The notes under the pieces were generated by a model. That model was not told the origin of the DNA. It worked only from the letters and a program-made list of their open reading frames with translations, and searched no databases. A DNA stretch of 64,000 nt from an uncultured Gammaproteobacteria bacterium (lineage in GTDB: Bacteria; Patescibacteriota; Microgenomatia; UBA10105; UBA927): assembly GCA_964394685.1 (NCBI GenBank), contig CAYMYO010000002.1:98148-162147 (forward strand), read 5' to 3'. Of this stretch, positions 50,070 to 60,808 are shown piece after piece; position 1 is the first letter of the stretch, and each line of letters begins with the position of its first letter. Made by a program: the position numbers and the translations under genes.

Positions 50070-50098
50070 AAAACGACCGTTCCGAGGTCGTTTTTTTT
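50070..50098 (+). terminator. Terminator-like hairpin between rpsJ and rplC
   Basis: AAAACGACC-GTTCCGA-GGTCG followed by T8. Confidence 0.65.
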
Positions 50099-50108
50099 AT
50101 TGGTACAT

Positions 50109-50729
50109 ATGAAAAGTTTACTTGGGTATAAAGGAAAGCAAACACAGACATTCACTGAAAGTGGAGAACGGATTCCTGTAACTCACATTACAGCTGGTCC
50201 GTGTTATATTACAGCACTTGATATAACACCAGCTTATACAAATATCCAAATTGGATTTGGAACCAAAACACAGAATACCAAAGCTGAAATTGGACACACG
50301 AAAAAAGCGGGGATTACACAAAAACTCCGCTTTTTACGTAGTATGAGGGTGACAACCATTCCTGAAGGATGGGTTGTCGGGAAAGAACTGGCAATTGGAG
50401 ATGTGTTTGCCATTGGAGATGTGATTCGAGTAACAGGAATATCAAAAGGAAAAGGATTTGCAGGGGTTGTCAAACGGCATGGATTTGCAGGCGGTCCAAA
50501 AACCCACGGTCAATCAGATAAAGAGAGGTCGCCGGGTTCTATTGGTGCAACAACGACACCGGGAAGGGTATTCAAAGGGAAGCGTATGGCAGGACGGATG
50601 GGGCAAGATACAGTCACTGTGAAAGGACTAAATGTCGTTGCAATTAATGAAGCAAATCACTTACTTATTGTCAAAGGTCTTGTACCGGGACCAAAAAATA
50701 CACTTATAATAATCGCAAAAGAAAACTAA
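50109..50729 (+). CDS. rplC: 50S ribosomal protein L3
   Basis: SKGKGFAGVVKRH, GKRMAGRMG. Confidence 0.97.
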   Translation: MKSLLGYKGKQTQTFTESGERIPVTHITAGPCYITALDITPAYTNIQIGFGTKTQNTKAEIGHTKKAGITQKLRFLRSMRVTTIPEGWVVGKELAIGDVFAIGDVIRVTGISKGKGFAGVVKRHGFAGGPKTHGQSDKERSPGSIGATTTPGRVFKGKRMAGRMGQDTVTVKGLNVVAINEANHLLIVKGLVPGPKNTLIIIAKEN

Positions 50730-50730
50730 T

Positions 50731-51420
50731 ATGGCAACGATAAAAAAGACTACCAAAGTGAAAAAGACAACGTCTGTTAAAAAAGAGGATGTGTTAAGTG
50801 CGCCTTCTTATGCACCAACAGGGGAATCAGCTGGTATTGAAAAACTTCCCAAAGAAGTATTTGGTGTTCGTGTCAATCTTCAAATCATTGCACAAGCAGT
50901 GAGAGTATATAGAGCTAATCAACGAGAAGGATCGGCAACAACAAAAACTCGCGGTGAAGTAACAGGATCAACGAGAAAGATTTATAAACAAAAAGGGACG
51001 GGTCGAGCTCGTCATGGGAACATTCGGGCACCTATTTTTGTCGGCGGTGGAATTATTTTTGGACCTCAAATACGGGATTATTCAAAAAATTTGCCTCAAG
51101 CCATGCGAGCTCTCGCGCTAACAAGCGCGCTTTCGTATCAGCAAAAAGAGGGACGAATAGTGGTTGTCGAGAAAACAGATGGAGTAGAACCGAAGACATC
51201 TATCATTGCAAAGGGACTAGTGAGGATGGGAGTTATTAAACCTGTGCTTATTATTGTCCATGACCCACATAGTCCGTTTGTCAAAGCAATTCGAAATATT
51301 GAAAAAGTGACATTTGTTCCAGCGTCTCAAGTAACAACGTATGATATTGTAACTCACAAAACAATTTGTTTGACGAAAGAATCTGTAGAAATAGTATCGC
51401 GCCGCGTCAAACGCGGTTAA
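50731..51420 (+). CDS. rplD: 50S ribosomal protein L4
   Basis: KTRGEV, QKGTGRARHG. Confidence 0.97.
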   Translation: MATIKKTTKVKKTTSVKKEDVLSAPSYAPTGESAGIEKLPKEVFGVRVNLQIIAQAVRVYRANQREGSATTKTRGEVTGSTRKIYKQKGTGRARHGNIRAPIFVGGGIIFGPQIRDYSKNLPQAMRALALTSALSYQQKEGRIVVVEKTDGVEPKTSIIAKGLVRMGVIKPVLIIVHDPHSPFVKAIRNIEKVTFVPASQVTTYDIVTHKTICLTKESVEIVSRRVKRG

Positions 51421-51423
51421 TAT

Positions 51424-51726
51424 ATGAACTCGCCAATTTTAATTCGACCATATATAACAGAAAAAACAATGCAACTTGCCCAAACCAATTGGTTTAGTTT
51501 TGTTGTCGCCTTGTATGCAAATAAAGCACAAATAGCTGGGGAAGTTGCACATATGTATAAGGTAACAGTCATTGGTGTTAGGACAAGTGTGGTAACCGGA
51601 AAAATGAAAAGGACAGGGAAGAGACAGCAACCAACTCAAAAACCAACATGGAAAAAAGCAATGGTACAGCTTAAAAACGGTCAAACGATTGATGCATTTC
51701 AAATCGGCGAACAGGAAAAAAAGTAA
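51424..51726 (+). CDS. rplW: 50S ribosomal protein L23
   Basis: RPYITEK, WKKAMVQL. Confidence 0.96.
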   Translation: MNSPILIRPYITEKTMQLAQTNWFSFVVALYANKAQIAGEVAHMYKVTVIGVRTSVVTGKMKRTGKRQQPTQKPTWKKAMVQLKNGQTIDAFQIGEQEKK

Positions 51727-51732
51727 TCCCGC

Positions 51733-52515
51733 ATGGCGGGACTAGCGCATATGAATAAACAACAGACAAAGAAAACAAAACGATTATTGACCATCCTACC
51801 GAAACAAAGCGGTCGGGATGTTGCTGGTCATGTGGCTGTTCGTCATCAAGGCGGACGACATAAACGCATGTATCGGGAGATTGATTGGATGCGTACCAAA
51901 GACGCAATTGCAGCAACTGTGCTTGCTATTGAATACGATCCAAATAGAAGCGCAGATATTGCGCTCCTTCAATATAAAGATGGAGAGAAAAGGTATATTA
52001 TTGCTCCTGTCGGACTGAAAGTTGGATCAACGGTGGTAAGCGGCGAAGTGGTTGATGCGGTAGTTGGAAATACTATGCCGCTTGGAAATATCCCAATTGG
52101 AACGCTCATTCATAATATTGAAATTAAACCTGGGTGTGGGGCTCAGATGATCAGGTCAGCCGGATCATTTGCGACAGTTCTCGCCCGCGATGGAAACATC
52201 GTGCAAATTAAACTTCCGTCAGGAGAAACTCGATTATTTTCCGTTTTATGCAGAGCAACCGTCGGACAAATTGGGAATGTTGAATGGAAAAATAGAGTCA
52301 TTGGAAAAGCAGGTCGGTCACGACATATGGGTATTAGGCCAACAGTGAGAGGTGTAGCTCAAAATCCCAGGTCTCATCCACACGGAGGAGGAGAGGGGCG
52401 AAGTGGCATTGGTATGCCATCACCAAAAAGTCCATGGGGTAAAAAGACCCTTGGGAAAAAGACACGAAAACGTGTAAAATACAGCGATCGGTTTATAGCA
52501 AGCCGAAAAAAGTAA
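51733..52515 (+). CDS. rplB: 50S ribosomal protein L2
   Basis: [27 protein letters not shown]. Confidence 0.97.
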   Translation: MAGLAHMNKQQTKKTKRLLTILPKQSGRDVAGHVAVRHQGGRHKRMYREIDWMRTKDAIAATVLAIEYDPNRSADIALLQYKDGEKRYIIAPVGLKVGSTVVSGEVVDAVVGNTMPLGNIPIGTLIHNIEIKPGCGAQMIRSAGSFATVLARDGNIVQIKLPSGETRLFSVLCRATVGQIGNVEWKNRVIGKAGRSRHMGIRPTVRGVAQNPRSHPHGGGEGRSGIGMPSPKSPWGKKTLGKKTRKRVKYSDRFIASRKK

Positions 52516-52524
52516 GGAGCAATT

Positions 52525-52809
52525 ATGGCACGATCAAGCAAAAAAGGACCATATATAGATAAACGGATACTTATTAAAGTGAATAAGCAAAAAGCTGGCG
52601 GTGATCGCACACCGATTAAAACATGGAGTCGTGCGTGTCAGATTCCTCCGGAATTTGTGGGCGTTACATTTGCAGTTCATAACGGTCACATATTTAACGA
52701 AGTATTTGTGAATGAATCCATGGTAGGACATCGGCTGGGAGAATTTTCTCCAACGCGGACATTTCGAGGTCACGGGCAAGTAACAAAACGAACAATGGAT
52801 AAAACATAA
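52525..52809 (+). CDS. rpsS: 30S ribosomal protein S19
   Basis: [21 protein letters not shown]. Confidence 0.97.
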   Translation: MARSSKKGPYIDKRILIKVNKQKAGGDRTPIKTWSRACQIPPEFVGVTFAVHNGHIFNEVFVNESMVGHRLGEFSPTRTFRGHGQVTKRTMDKT

Positions 52810-52810
52810 T

Positions 52811-53170
52811 ATGGAATTTCAAGCAACGACTAAATACATTCGAACAAGTACGCGGAAAGTGCGTCTTATTACTGATGCAATCCGTGGGATTCGCGCTGAC
52901 AAAGCGATAGCTATCCTCACAATGACGCCAAAAGCAGCAACACAACCAGTACTAAAAACATTACTCAGCGTTATAGCGAATGCAAAAAAAACAGTTGCAG
53001 ACGCTCATACCTTGGTCATAACTAAAATTGAAGTTTCAGGCGGACCGGTCATGAAAAGGTTTCATGCGGTATCACGGGGAATGGCGCATGCATACAAGAA
53101 ACGAATGACACATCTGAAGATTGTTGTAGAAGAAAAAGGCCTGCCTGCCGGCAAGGCAGGAGAGAAATAA
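52811..53170 (+). CDS. rplV: 50S ribosomal protein L22
   Basis: STRKVRL, ANA, GPVMKRF, KRMTH. Confidence 0.96.
   Translation: MEFQATTKYIRTSTRKVRLITDAIRGIRADKAIAILTMTPKAATQPVLKTLLSVIANAKKTVADAHTLVITKIEVSGGPVMKRFHAVSRGMAHAYKKRMTHLKIVVEEKGLPAGKAGEK
53140..53160. repeat. 21-bp GC-rich palindrome in frame at the rplV 3' end
   Basis: CCTGCCTGCCGGCAAGGCAGG; removal restores ...AAA GGA GAG AAA TAA. Confidence 0.7.
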
Positions 53171-53173
53171 CCT

Positions 53174-53851
53174 ATGGGACAAAAAATTAATCCAAAAGGT
53201 TTTCGGATAGGAACAGTGTTTACCTGGTCCTCCCGATGGTTTGCTGATAAGAAGCACTATAAAGAATTCTTATTTGAAGACGTCGATCTTAGGAAATTTA
53301 TCTTTAAACGTCTCAAAACCGCAGGACTTGAACAAGTTGATATTGAGCGCTCTATTAATAAGATGAAAATTACGCTTCATGTGTCACGACCGGGACTCGT
53401 CATCGGACGGGGTGGAAGCGGATTGGAAGAGTCAAAAAAAGCAATTGAAAAATTTTTACGCGAGTGGGAACAAACACGGGCAACAAACTTGCAAAAGAAA
53501 CATGCAGGAGATACAGGAAAATCTAAAATCGAAATTGCTGTTGAGCCGGTCAAAGAACCGAATTTAAGCGCATATTTGGTTGCTACCACCATAGCTGACC
53601 AACTGGCACGGAGAATTCCGCATAAACGGGCGTGCAACCAAGCGCTTGAACGCGTGATGGGAGCAGGAGCACGGGGAATTAAAATTGCACTATCAGGTCG
53701 TATCGCAGGAGCAGAAATTGCACGGCACGAAAAGTTTGGTGTAGGAACAGTGCCGCTTTCAACAATACGGGAAAATATTGATTTTGCAGCAGTACCGTCA
53801 CTCACGAAATCCGGATATATCGGAGTAAAAGTGTGGATTTGTAAAAAATAA
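53174..53851 (+). CDS. rpsC: 30S ribosomal protein S3
   Basis: MGQKINP.GFR, RPGLVIGRGG, SGRIAGAEIAR. Confidence 0.98.
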   Translation: MGQKINPKGFRIGTVFTWSSRWFADKKHYKEFLFEDVDLRKFIFKRLKTAGLEQVDIERSINKMKITLHVSRPGLVIGRGGSGLEESKKAIEKFLREWEQTRATNLQKKHAGDTGKSKIEIAVEPVKEPNLSAYLVATTIADQLARRIPHKRACNQALERVMGAGARGIKIALSGRIAGAEIARHEKFGVGTVPLSTIRENIDFAAVPSLTKSGYIGVKVWICKK

Positions 53852-53854
53852 CAT

Positions 53855-54262
53855 ATGTTAATGCCGAGACGCGCCAAACATAGAAAATCATTCCGGGGGA
53901 AACGAACCGGGATTGCAACGCGGGGAGTGAATATTGATTTTGGAGAATTTGGATTAAAAGCGATGACGTGTGGATGGGTTTCGAGTAGGCAGATAGAAGC
54001 GGCACGTCGAGCACTCACCCATTATGTGAAACGCGGAGGAAGAATTTGGATCCGTATATTTCCGGATAAACCAGTGACGAGAAAACCGCCGGAAACCAGA
54101 ATGGGAAGCGGAAAAGGAGATATTCATGAGTATGTTGCAGTAGTTCGCCCGGGGCGGATTTTGTTTGAAATGGGCGGAATATCTGAAGCAGATGCTCGAG
54201 AAGCAATGCGTTTAGGAGCAGCGAAGTTACCTGTTCGAACACGATTTATGATAAAGGAATAA
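53855..54262 (+). CDS. rplP: 50S ribosomal protein L16
   Basis: QIEAARR, IFPDKP, RMGSGKG. Confidence 0.98.
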   Translation: MLMPRRAKHRKSFRGKRTGIATRGVNIDFGEFGLKAMTCGWVSSRQIEAARRALTHYVKRGGRIWIRIFPDKPVTRKPPETRMGSGKGDIHEYVAVVRPGRILFEMGGISEADAREAMRLGAAKLPVRTRFMIKE

Positions 54263-54263
54263 T

Positions 54264-54473
54264 ATGAAACGAAAAGATAAAATACAAATACACAGTATGA
54301 ATGTCGCTGAACTAACGAGTCAGTTATTGACAATTGGAGAACAAATAAAAAAAATGAACATGGAACGATTGACCAAACCGGCAAAAAATGTTCACGAAAT
54401 AACAACGCTCAAACGAAAAGTAGCTATTATGAAAACTATCGTAAGTCAAAAAAATCAAGGAGAGGCAGTATGA
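54264..54473 (+). CDS. rpmC: 50S ribosomal protein L29
   Basis: Position between rplP and rpsQ, size, KRKVAIMKT. Confidence 0.85.
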   Translation: MKRKDKIQIHSMNVAELTSQLLTIGEQIKKMNMERLTKPAKNVHEITTLKRKVAIMKTIVSQKNQGEAV

Positions 54474-54727
54474 CAACTATTCGTAAAGGAAAAACATTTA
54501 CAGGTATTGTGGCACACGTGGGAGAATTCAAAACAATCACTGTTGAGGTAGTTCAGATTACCCGTCATCCACTGTATCGAAAAACCATGCGCAGCACGAA
54601 ACGATTTCTTGTTCATTACGAGGGAACAGCATTAAAAGTTGGCGATCATGTCACGATTGTTGAAACCCGACCAATAAGTAGACTCAAACGATTTATGGTT
54701 TTTGAAGGAAAAGGAAAAATACTATGA
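54470..54727 (+). CDS. rpsQ: 30S ribosomal protein S17
   Basis: KTITV, HPLYRK, ETRPISRLKRF. Confidence 0.95.
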   Translation: MTTIRKGKTFTGIVAHVGEFKTITVEVVQITRHPLYRKTMRSTKRFLVHYEGTALKVGDHVTIVETRPISRLKRFMVFEGKGKIL

Positions 54728-55092
54728 TTCAGAGACGTACAAAATTAGTTCCGGCAGATAATAGTGGAGTGCAGTGGATGACAGTCCTCCATATTTATGG
54801 TGCATCAAAACGAAATACCGCCACTCTTGGAGATATTGTGCAGTGTGTTGTGAAAAAAGCAGATCCAACAGGAATAGTAAAAGATGATGAGCTCATAAAA
54901 GTTGTTATTGTTCGAACTCACAAAGAATATAGACGGAAAGACGGTTCATATATCCGGTTTGACGACAACGCAGGTGTTGTCATCGACCTAGATGAGAACC
55001 CACGGGGAACACGCATCTTTGGTCCAATAGCGCGTGAGATAAAAGAAAGAGGATTTGATAAAATAGCCAGCATGGCATTGGAGATGTATTAA
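54724..55092 (+). CDS. rplN: 50S ribosomal protein L14
   Basis: ADNSG, DGSYIRFDDNA, GTRIFGP. Confidence 0.98.
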   Translation: MIQRRTKLVPADNSGVQWMTVLHIYGASKRNTATLGDIVQCVVKKADPTGIVKDDELIKVVIVRTHKEYRRKDGSYIRFDDNAGVVIDLDENPRGTRIFGPIAREIKERGFDKIASMALEMY

Positions 55093-55093
55093 T

Positions 55094-55399
55094 ATGAAAT
55101 TTCATAAAGCTGACGAAATCATCGTAACAATAGGGAAAGATAAAGGACGCAAAGGGAAAATTGAAGAAGTGTTTCCGGGCGACAGCACCGTTCGTGTAGT
55201 TGGGATCAATATGTATAAACGGCATATGAAGCGTCGGGATGATAAGCATCCCGGAGGAATCATCGAAAAACAACGGCCGATATCAGTTGGAAAAATCGCG
55301 CTTGTCTGTCCAAAATGCGGGAAACCAACACGTATCGGATATAGCGTGACAGCGAAAGAGAAATACCGTATCTGTAAAAAATGTGAAGCAAAATTATAA
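55094..55399 (+). CDS. rplX: 50S ribosomal protein L24
   Basis: GKDKGRKG KOW motif, GGIIE, CPKC and CKKC. Confidence 0.96.
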   Translation: MKFHKADEIIVTIGKDKGRKGKIEEVFPGDSTVRVVGINMYKRHMKRRDDKHPGGIIEKQRPISVGKIALVCPKCGKPTRIGYSVTAKEKYRICKKCEAKL

Positions 55400-55402
55400 C
55401 GT

Positions 55403-55918
55403 ATGACAGAAATAGAAAAAAAACTTATGGATGAACTTGGCATTAAAAACCGTATGGCAGTGCCAAAGCTGATCAAAATTGTGATTAATTGCAGTTTGGG
55501 AGAAGCAATTACTGACAAGAAAGTCATGGAAAAGATGGCGGTGCAGCTGGCAGCTATTACCGGTCTCCATCCAGTGACAACAAAAGCCAAAAAAGCAATA
55601 TCAGCGTTTAAACTTCGGGAAGGTGATGCAATCGGATTAAAAGTGACACTTCGGGCGAAACGCATGAATGATTTTCTGACAAGACTGACGGGTGTTGCTC
55701 TTCCGCGGGTACGGGATTTTCGTGGAGTTCCGAACAAAGGATTTGATGGAAATGGAAATTATACCTTAGGCATTGCAGAACAAACTATTTTTCCGGATTT
55801 AGACTATGGGTTAGTAGATAAAGTACGTGGTTTTGAAGCCACATTTGTAACAAGTGCGCAAACGGATGATCAGGCAAAAGCGCTCCTTACACTTTTAGGA
55901 TTGCCGTTTGAAAAATAA
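55403..55918 (+). CDS. rplE: 50S ribosomal protein L5
   Basis: [25 protein letters not shown]. Confidence 0.97.
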   Translation: MTEIEKKLMDELGIKNRMAVPKLIKIVINCSLGEAITDKKVMEKMAVQLAAITGLHPVTTKAKKAISAFKLREGDAIGLKVTLRAKRMNDFLTRLTGVALPRVRDFRGVPNKGFDGNGNYTLGIAEQTIFPDLDYGLVDKVRGFEATFVTSAQTDDQAKALLTLLGLPFEK

Positions 55919-55922
55919 TTTT

Positions 55923-56108
55923 ATGGCAAAAACATCTGATGTGGTGAAATTTAATAAAAAGCAGAAATTTGCGGTCCGACATAAAAACCGGTGTAATCTC
56001 TGTGGACGGTCAAGAGCGTACATGCGTAAATTCGGTGTGTGCAGAATTTGTTTTCGGTCTTTGGCACATAAAGGTGAATTGCCGGGGGTGGTAAAAGCAT
56101 CATGGTAA
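55923..56108 (+). CDS. rpsN: 30S ribosomal protein S14, zinc type
   Basis: RCNLCGR...CRICFR...GELPGV.KASW. Confidence 0.96.
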   Translation: MAKTSDVVKFNKKQKFAVRHKNRCNLCGRSRAYMRKFGVCRICFRSLAHKGELPGVVKASW

Positions 56109-56120
56109 AGGGAGCACTAT

Positions 56121-56513
56121 ATGGTAAATGATCCAATTGGAGACATGTTAATTCAAATAAAAAATGCACAAGCAGCAAGGCGTAAGTCGCTTGAGATTCC
56201 GTATTCCGGCATGAAATACGCTCTTGCGACCATACTCGTGAAAGAACGGTACATTGAAGAAGTGAAAAAAGTCGGAGATAATCCGAAATACCGGTTGCAT
56301 ATTATGCTTCGTTATGACAATGGAAATCCGGCAATTACCGATGTGAAACGTATCAGTAAACCAGGGCTTCGTTGGTATATCGATAAAGGAGCCATACCGA
56401 TAGTTGTTGGCGGCATGGGAACGGCAATTATTTCTACGTCTAAAGGAATGATGACCGGAAGAGAAGCAAAGCGTATTGGAATCGGTGGGGAATTATTGTG
56501 TGAAATTTGGTAA
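56121..56513 (+). CDS. rpsH: 30S ribosomal protein S8
   Basis: DPIGDML, ISKPGLR.Y, STSKG, GGE. Confidence 0.97.
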   Translation: MVNDPIGDMLIQIKNAQAARRKSLEIPYSGMKYALATILVKERYIEEVKKVGDNPKYRLHIMLRYDNGNPAITDVKRISKPGLRWYIDKGAIPIVVGGMGTAIISTSKGMMTGREAKRIGIGGELLCEIW

Positions 56514-56518
56514 AAAAT

Positions 56519-57088
56519 ATGTCACGGATAGGAAAAACACCAATTGAAATACCGCAAGGAGTAACCATTACCAAAGATGGAAGTGAACTTGTGGTGAAAG
56601 GGCCAAAAGGAGAATTGCGGGGTCCGCTTCCTGATGGCGTTGATATGACGATAGTTGGATCTGTATGTACGATAACATGCATTAAAACAGACACAAAACA
56701 TCTCGCACTTCACGGATTTACCCGCGCAACTCTTTCTAATATGGTCAAAGGAGTGACAGTCGGATGGACGCGGACGCTCGAACTAGCTGGAGTCGGGTTT
56801 CGGGCAACGGTGACAAATATGAATGTGGTTCTTACGGTAGGATTTTCTCATGAAGTAACGATTGCTCCACCAACTGGAATTGCATTTACAGTTACTGAAG
56901 GGAAAATTATTGTATCTGGCATTGATAAGCAGCTCGTTGGTCAGGTAGCAGCAAATATTAGAAATGTGAAAAAGCCTGAGCCATACAAAGGAAAAGGGAT
57001 TAAATATCAAGGAGAACATATCAGGAAAAAAGCCGGAAAATCAGCCAAAGCAATTGGCGGAGCAGCAAGTGCTGGAGCGGCGAAATAA
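56519..57088 (+). CDS. rplF: 50S ribosomal protein L6
   Basis: MSRIGK, KGPKG, PEPYKGKG. Confidence 0.97.
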   Translation: MSRIGKTPIEIPQGVTITKDGSELVVKGPKGELRGPLPDGVDMTIVGSVCTITCIKTDTKHLALHGFTRATLSNMVKGVTVGWTRTLELAGVGFRATVTNMNVVLTVGFSHEVTIAPPTGIAFTVTEGKIIVSGIDKQLVGQVAANIRNVKKPEPYKGKGIKYQGEHIRKKAGKSAKAIGGAASAGAAK

Positions 57089-57101
57089 AGGATGAAGACA
57101 T

Positions 57102-57440
57102 ATGATAACACGTATATCTAAAAAAACTATTCATAATAAACGGGTTGCCAGAATTCGGGCAAAAGTTCGGGGGACGGCCAATCGTCCACGACTATCCGTA
57201 TTTCGGTCAAATGTGGCCTTAACGATTCAAGTCATCGATGATGTTGCGAAGAAAACATTGTATACATTTCGTGCGGCCGGAAAAAATGCAGCTGCGGCAA
57301 AAACAATTGGAGAGAAGGTTATTGTATTTGCGAAAAAAAATCACATCACAACACTTGTTTTTGATCGCGGAGGGTATAAATATCACGGAGTTATTAAGAC
57401 AATTGCCGACTCAGTGCGTGAAGGGGGTATAACGATATGA
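57102..57440 (+). CDS. rplR: 50S ribosomal protein L18
   Basis: [20 protein letters not shown]. Confidence 0.97.
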   Translation: MITRISKKTIHNKRVARIRAKVRGTANRPRLSVFRSNVALTIQVIDDVAKKTLYTFRAAGKNAAAAKTIGEKVIVFAKKNHITTLVFDRGGYKYHGVIKTIADSVREGGITI

Positions 57441-57904
57441 TAGACACACGTAAAGTCCCATCAGAATTTGAAGAAAAAGTTGTTCAGGTTAACCGCGTTT
57501 CCAAAAAAACAAAAGGCGGAAATAAAATAGGATTTTCAGTTCTTGTTGTCGTTGGTGATAAAAAGGGAAAAGTGGGGGTAGGTTTAGGCGGTGCTCCCGA
57601 CGTGTCATCGGCCGTAAAAAAAGCAGTCAGTTATGCAAAAAAACATATGATTGTTGTTCCTATGCACAAAAAAACTATTCCTCATGAAGTGTTTGTGAAA
57701 CGGGGAGCAGCACAAGTATTGATTAAACCCGCGCCTCCCGGAACAGGAGTTATTGCGGGAGGTGCAGTTCGGGCCGTTGTTGAAGCAGCAGGGATAAGAG
57801 ATGTAGTATCAAAAATTCTTGGAAGCAAAAATCAAGCATCTAATGTCTATGCTACGATGGAAGCACTCAAAAAATTACACGCAGTTCATATCCGTCATGA
57901 CTAA
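57437..57904 (+). CDS. rpsE: 30S ribosomal protein S5
   Basis: [18 protein letters not shown]. Confidence 0.97.
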   Translation: MIDTRKVPSEFEEKVVQVNRVSKKTKGGNKIGFSVLVVVGDKKGKVGVGLGGAPDVSSAVKKAVSYAKKHMIVVPMHKKTIPHEVFVKRGAAQVLIKPAPPGTGVIAGGAVRAVVEAAGIRDVVSKILGSKNQASNVYATMEALKKLHAVHIRHD

Positions 57905-58331
57905 AAATATGAAATTACCAAAGCTCGTTCAAACAACCAAAAAACGATTAGGAAGAGGACATGGGTCCGGACGTGTGAAAACGAGTGGGCGGGGAACAAA
58001 AGGACAAAATGCACGGGGACATGTGCGGATGGGATTTGAAGGAGGACAACTTGCGCTTACCAAACGCCTTCCATTTTTGCGAGGAAAAAAGCGAAATAAA
58101 TCCTTAGTAGATAAACCAATGCTCCTCTATGTAGGAAGTCTTGATCAATTTCCAGCAAACGCAATCATTGATAAGGCATTTCTTATTAAGCACGATGTAA
58201 TTGTGTCTGTTACGACACGCGTGAAAGTAGTGGGCAAAGCGGCTCTTGTTCATGCATACACTGTGCATATTCCTTGTTCAAAACAAAGCGCTGCTGCAAT
58301 AACCAAAGCTGGCGGAAAAGTGATACAGTGA
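57897..58331 (+). CDS. rplO: 50S ribosomal protein L15
   Basis: [25 protein letters not shown]; directly after rpsE, no rpmD. Confidence 0.96.
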   Translation: MTKNMKLPKLVQTTKKRLGRGHGSGRVKTSGRGTKGQNARGHVRMGFEGGQLALTKRLPFLRGKKRNKSLVDKPMLLYVGSLDQFPANAIIDKAFLIKHDVIVSVTTRVKVVGKAALVHAYTVHIPCSKQSAAAITKAGGKVIQ

Positions 58332-58335
58332 TATC

Positions 58336-59625
58336 ATGAACACCATACTGTCACCAATTATTTCTAGTTGGAAAACACCGGAGTTACGGCGCAAAATTCT
58401 TCTTACTGCGATGCTCTTTGTACTCTTTCGTTTATTTGCTCATATTCCTATTCCCGGAGTGGATACCAATAAACTCGCTGCACTTTTTGCACAAAATCAA
58501 TTTTTGGCTCTTCTTGATGTTTTTTCCGGAGGAACGCTTGTGAATTTTTCCATTCTTGCCTTAGGAATTAATCCATATATCAACGCCTCGATTATTTTAC
58601 AGTTACTTCAAATAGTACTGCCGAAATTAGAAGAACTGCAGAAAGAAGGGGAATACGGAAGAGAAAAAATTAATCAATATACACGGCTTCTCACTATTCC
58701 TCTTGCTACTGTTCAGGCAATTGGTATGTTTGCACTACTTAAAAATCAAGGCATTGTATCAGCTGTTGATCCGTTAACATTCATTACCATTATTTGTACG
58801 ATGACAGCGGGAACAGTCTTGGTTATGTGGTTTGGGGAGCTCATTACTGAATACGGAATTGGCAACGGAATATCACTACTTATATTTGCAGGTATCGTTG
58901 GTCGGATGCCTGTTGTCTTTGGTCAAGCATTCACAGCAGCAACTGCTGAATCAGTGACCAATTTGCTGCTTTTATTAGGTCTTGGGCTTGCCGTTATTGC
59001 TGCAACAGTGGTGGTCAATGAAGCAGTACGGAAAGTAACTGTTCAATACGCGCGCCGAATTCGGGGAAATAAGATGTATGGAGGAGGCGCTTCGTTTTTA
59101 CCGCTTCGGGTTAATCAAGCAGGAGTCATCCCAATCATCTTTGCCGTGTCACTTGTGTTACTTCCGTCACTTCTCGGAGGATTTTTAGCACAAGTAAAAA
59201 GTCCTCTGCTCGTGTCGTTTGGGCATGGTCTCACGTATCTCTTTAATCCCAACGGTGTTTTTTACAATCTGTTCTATTTTTTCCTTGTTATTGGATTTAC
59301 GTATTTCTATACCGCAATTACGTTTAATCCAACAAAAATTGCAGGAGAAATCCAAAAGTATGGCGGGTTTATCCCCGGAATTCGTCCCGGGGCACCAACA
59401 GCGTCGTATTTAAATTATATTTTAACCCGTATTACCCTTGCTGGTGCGTTATTTTTGGGTTGTATTGCAATTTTACCATCGCTTGCCCGCGGAATAACCG
59501 GCATGACCACACTTCTTATTGGTGGAACAAGCATTCTCATCGTTGTATCCGTGGTGCTTGAAACAGTAAAAACATTAGAAGCGCAGCTTGTCATGCGCAA
59601 CTATGAAGGATTTTTAAAGGAATAA
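58336..59625 (+). CDS. secY: Preprotein translocase SecY
   Basis: [39 protein letters not shown]. Confidence 0.99.
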   Translation: MNTILSPIISSWKTPELRRKILLTAMLFVLFRLFAHIPIPGVDTNKLAALFAQNQFLALLDVFSGGTLVNFSILALGINPYINASIILQLLQIVLPKLEELQKEGEYGREKINQYTRLLTIPLATVQAIGMFALLKNQGIVSAVDPLTFITIICTMTAGTVLVMWFGELITEYGIGNGISLLIFAGIVGRMPVVFGQAFTAATAESVTNLLLLLGLGLAVIAATVVVNEAVRKVTVQYARRIRGNKMYGGGASFLPLRVNQAGVIPIIFAVSLVLLPSLLGGFLAQVKSPLLVSFGHGLTYLFNPNGVFYNLFYFFLVIGFTYFYTAITFNPTKIAGEIQKYGGFIPGIRPGAPTASYLNYILTRITLAGALFLGCIAILPSLARGITGMTTLLIGGTSILIVVSVVLETVKTLEAQLVMRNYEGFLKE

Positions 59626-59637
59626 GGAGGAGAAGAT

Positions 59638-60240
59638 ATGCATATTGTATTTTATGGCCCGGAAGGATCAGGAAAAGGAACACAAGCAAAATTACTCGCA
59701 GACAAATTGCATTGTCCGATCTTAACCAGCGGCGATTTGGTCCGTGATGCGGCAACGAATGATAAAGGTATTATTGGAGAAGTATGTCGGGAAGCGGTAA
59801 CAGAAGGAAAATATGTAGCAAATAGTGAAATGGAAGTATTGTGGAAATGGAGACTTAAGGAAGATGATGCAAAAGGCGCATGGATTATGGACGGATTTCC
59901 AAGAAATGTAGAACAATCTAAATTCTTAGACGACAAGATCGATAAGTATGGATATAAAGTTGAATTTGTGATATTTCTTAAACTTTCTGAAGATGTATCG
60001 TATGAGCGGCTTATTAAACGAGGCAGACCTACATATCCGGGAAGCACTGAACTTCACGATTCACCCCAGCGGATAAAAAGCAGACTTGCAATATATATAG
60101 AAAGTGAACAAGCGGTCCTTGATTACTACAAAACAACAGGGGTACAACTTGTTGAAATTGATGCAAATAAAAGTATCGAAGCGGTGCATAACGACATCAT
60201 GAAGTACATTGATGCGTATAAAAACGCAAATGAAAAATAA
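59638..60240 (+). CDS. adk: Adenylate kinase family NMP kinase
   Basis: GPEGSGKGTQ, GDLVR, MDGFPR; canonical position after secY. Confidence 0.85.
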   Translation: MHIVFYGPEGSGKGTQAKLLADKLHCPILTSGDLVRDAATNDKGIIGEVCREAVTEGKYVANSEMEVLWKWRLKEDDAKGAWIMDGFPRNVEQSKFLDDKIDKYGYKVEFVIFLKLSEDVSYERLIKRGRPTYPGSTELHDSPQRIKSRLAIYIESEQAVLDYYKTTGVQLVEIDANKSIEAVHNDIMKYIDAYKNANEK

Positions 60241-60808
60241 TCCTTGTATTATTGGACTTGTAGGACTTCCCGGCGCGGGGAAGACAACGGTAACGGAATT
60301 TTTGGAAAAACACGGGTTTGTCCGCGTTATTCTTTCAGATATTATCCGTGATGAACTAAAACAAAAAGGGATTGTAGAACCTTCACGAGAAATACTTCAA
60401 AACACAGGAAATGAAATGCGAAGAATGTATGGTTCGGATGTACTTGCAAAACGCGCAATCAAACAGCTCCGAAGTATGGGGGGGGATAAATTCGTTATTG
60501 ATGGTATACGGAATGTATCGGAAATTACATATTTGAAAAAACAAAATCACCTTTTACTTATTGGTATTCAAGCAGTAGCACGAGTGAGGTTTATGAGATT
60601 AAAAACAAGAAAACTCAACCCATTAACAAACTCATACCAAGAATTTCTTCTCCAAGCGAGACGTGAGAATAAACTTGGTGCAAATACAACAGGGCTTCGA
60701 GTCATTGATTGCTTAAAACAATGTCAAACAATATTGGTTAATTCGAAAACAGTACCAATGTTTGAGAAACAGTTACATGCGTTTCTTGCAAAGAATGGCA
60801 TAGTATGA
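60230..60808 (+). CDS. P-loop nucleotide kinase (dephospho-CoA/dNMP-kinase-like)
   Basis: GLPGAGKTT, LSDIIR, GNEMR, VIDGIRN. Confidence 0.75.
   Translation: MKNNPCIIGLVGLPGAGKTTVTEFLEKHGFVRVILSDIIRDELKQKGIVEPSREILQNTGNEMRRMYGSDVLAKRAIKQLRSMGGDKFVIDGIRNVSEITYLKKQNHLLLIGIQAVARVRFMRLKTRKLNPLTNSYQEFLLQARRENKLGANTTGLRVIDCLKQCQTILVNSKTVPMFEKQLHAFLAKNGIV

Noticed and set aside
57897-57910. Missing rpmD (uL30)
   Set aside because: Known general trait of CPR; useful for taxonomy, not novel.
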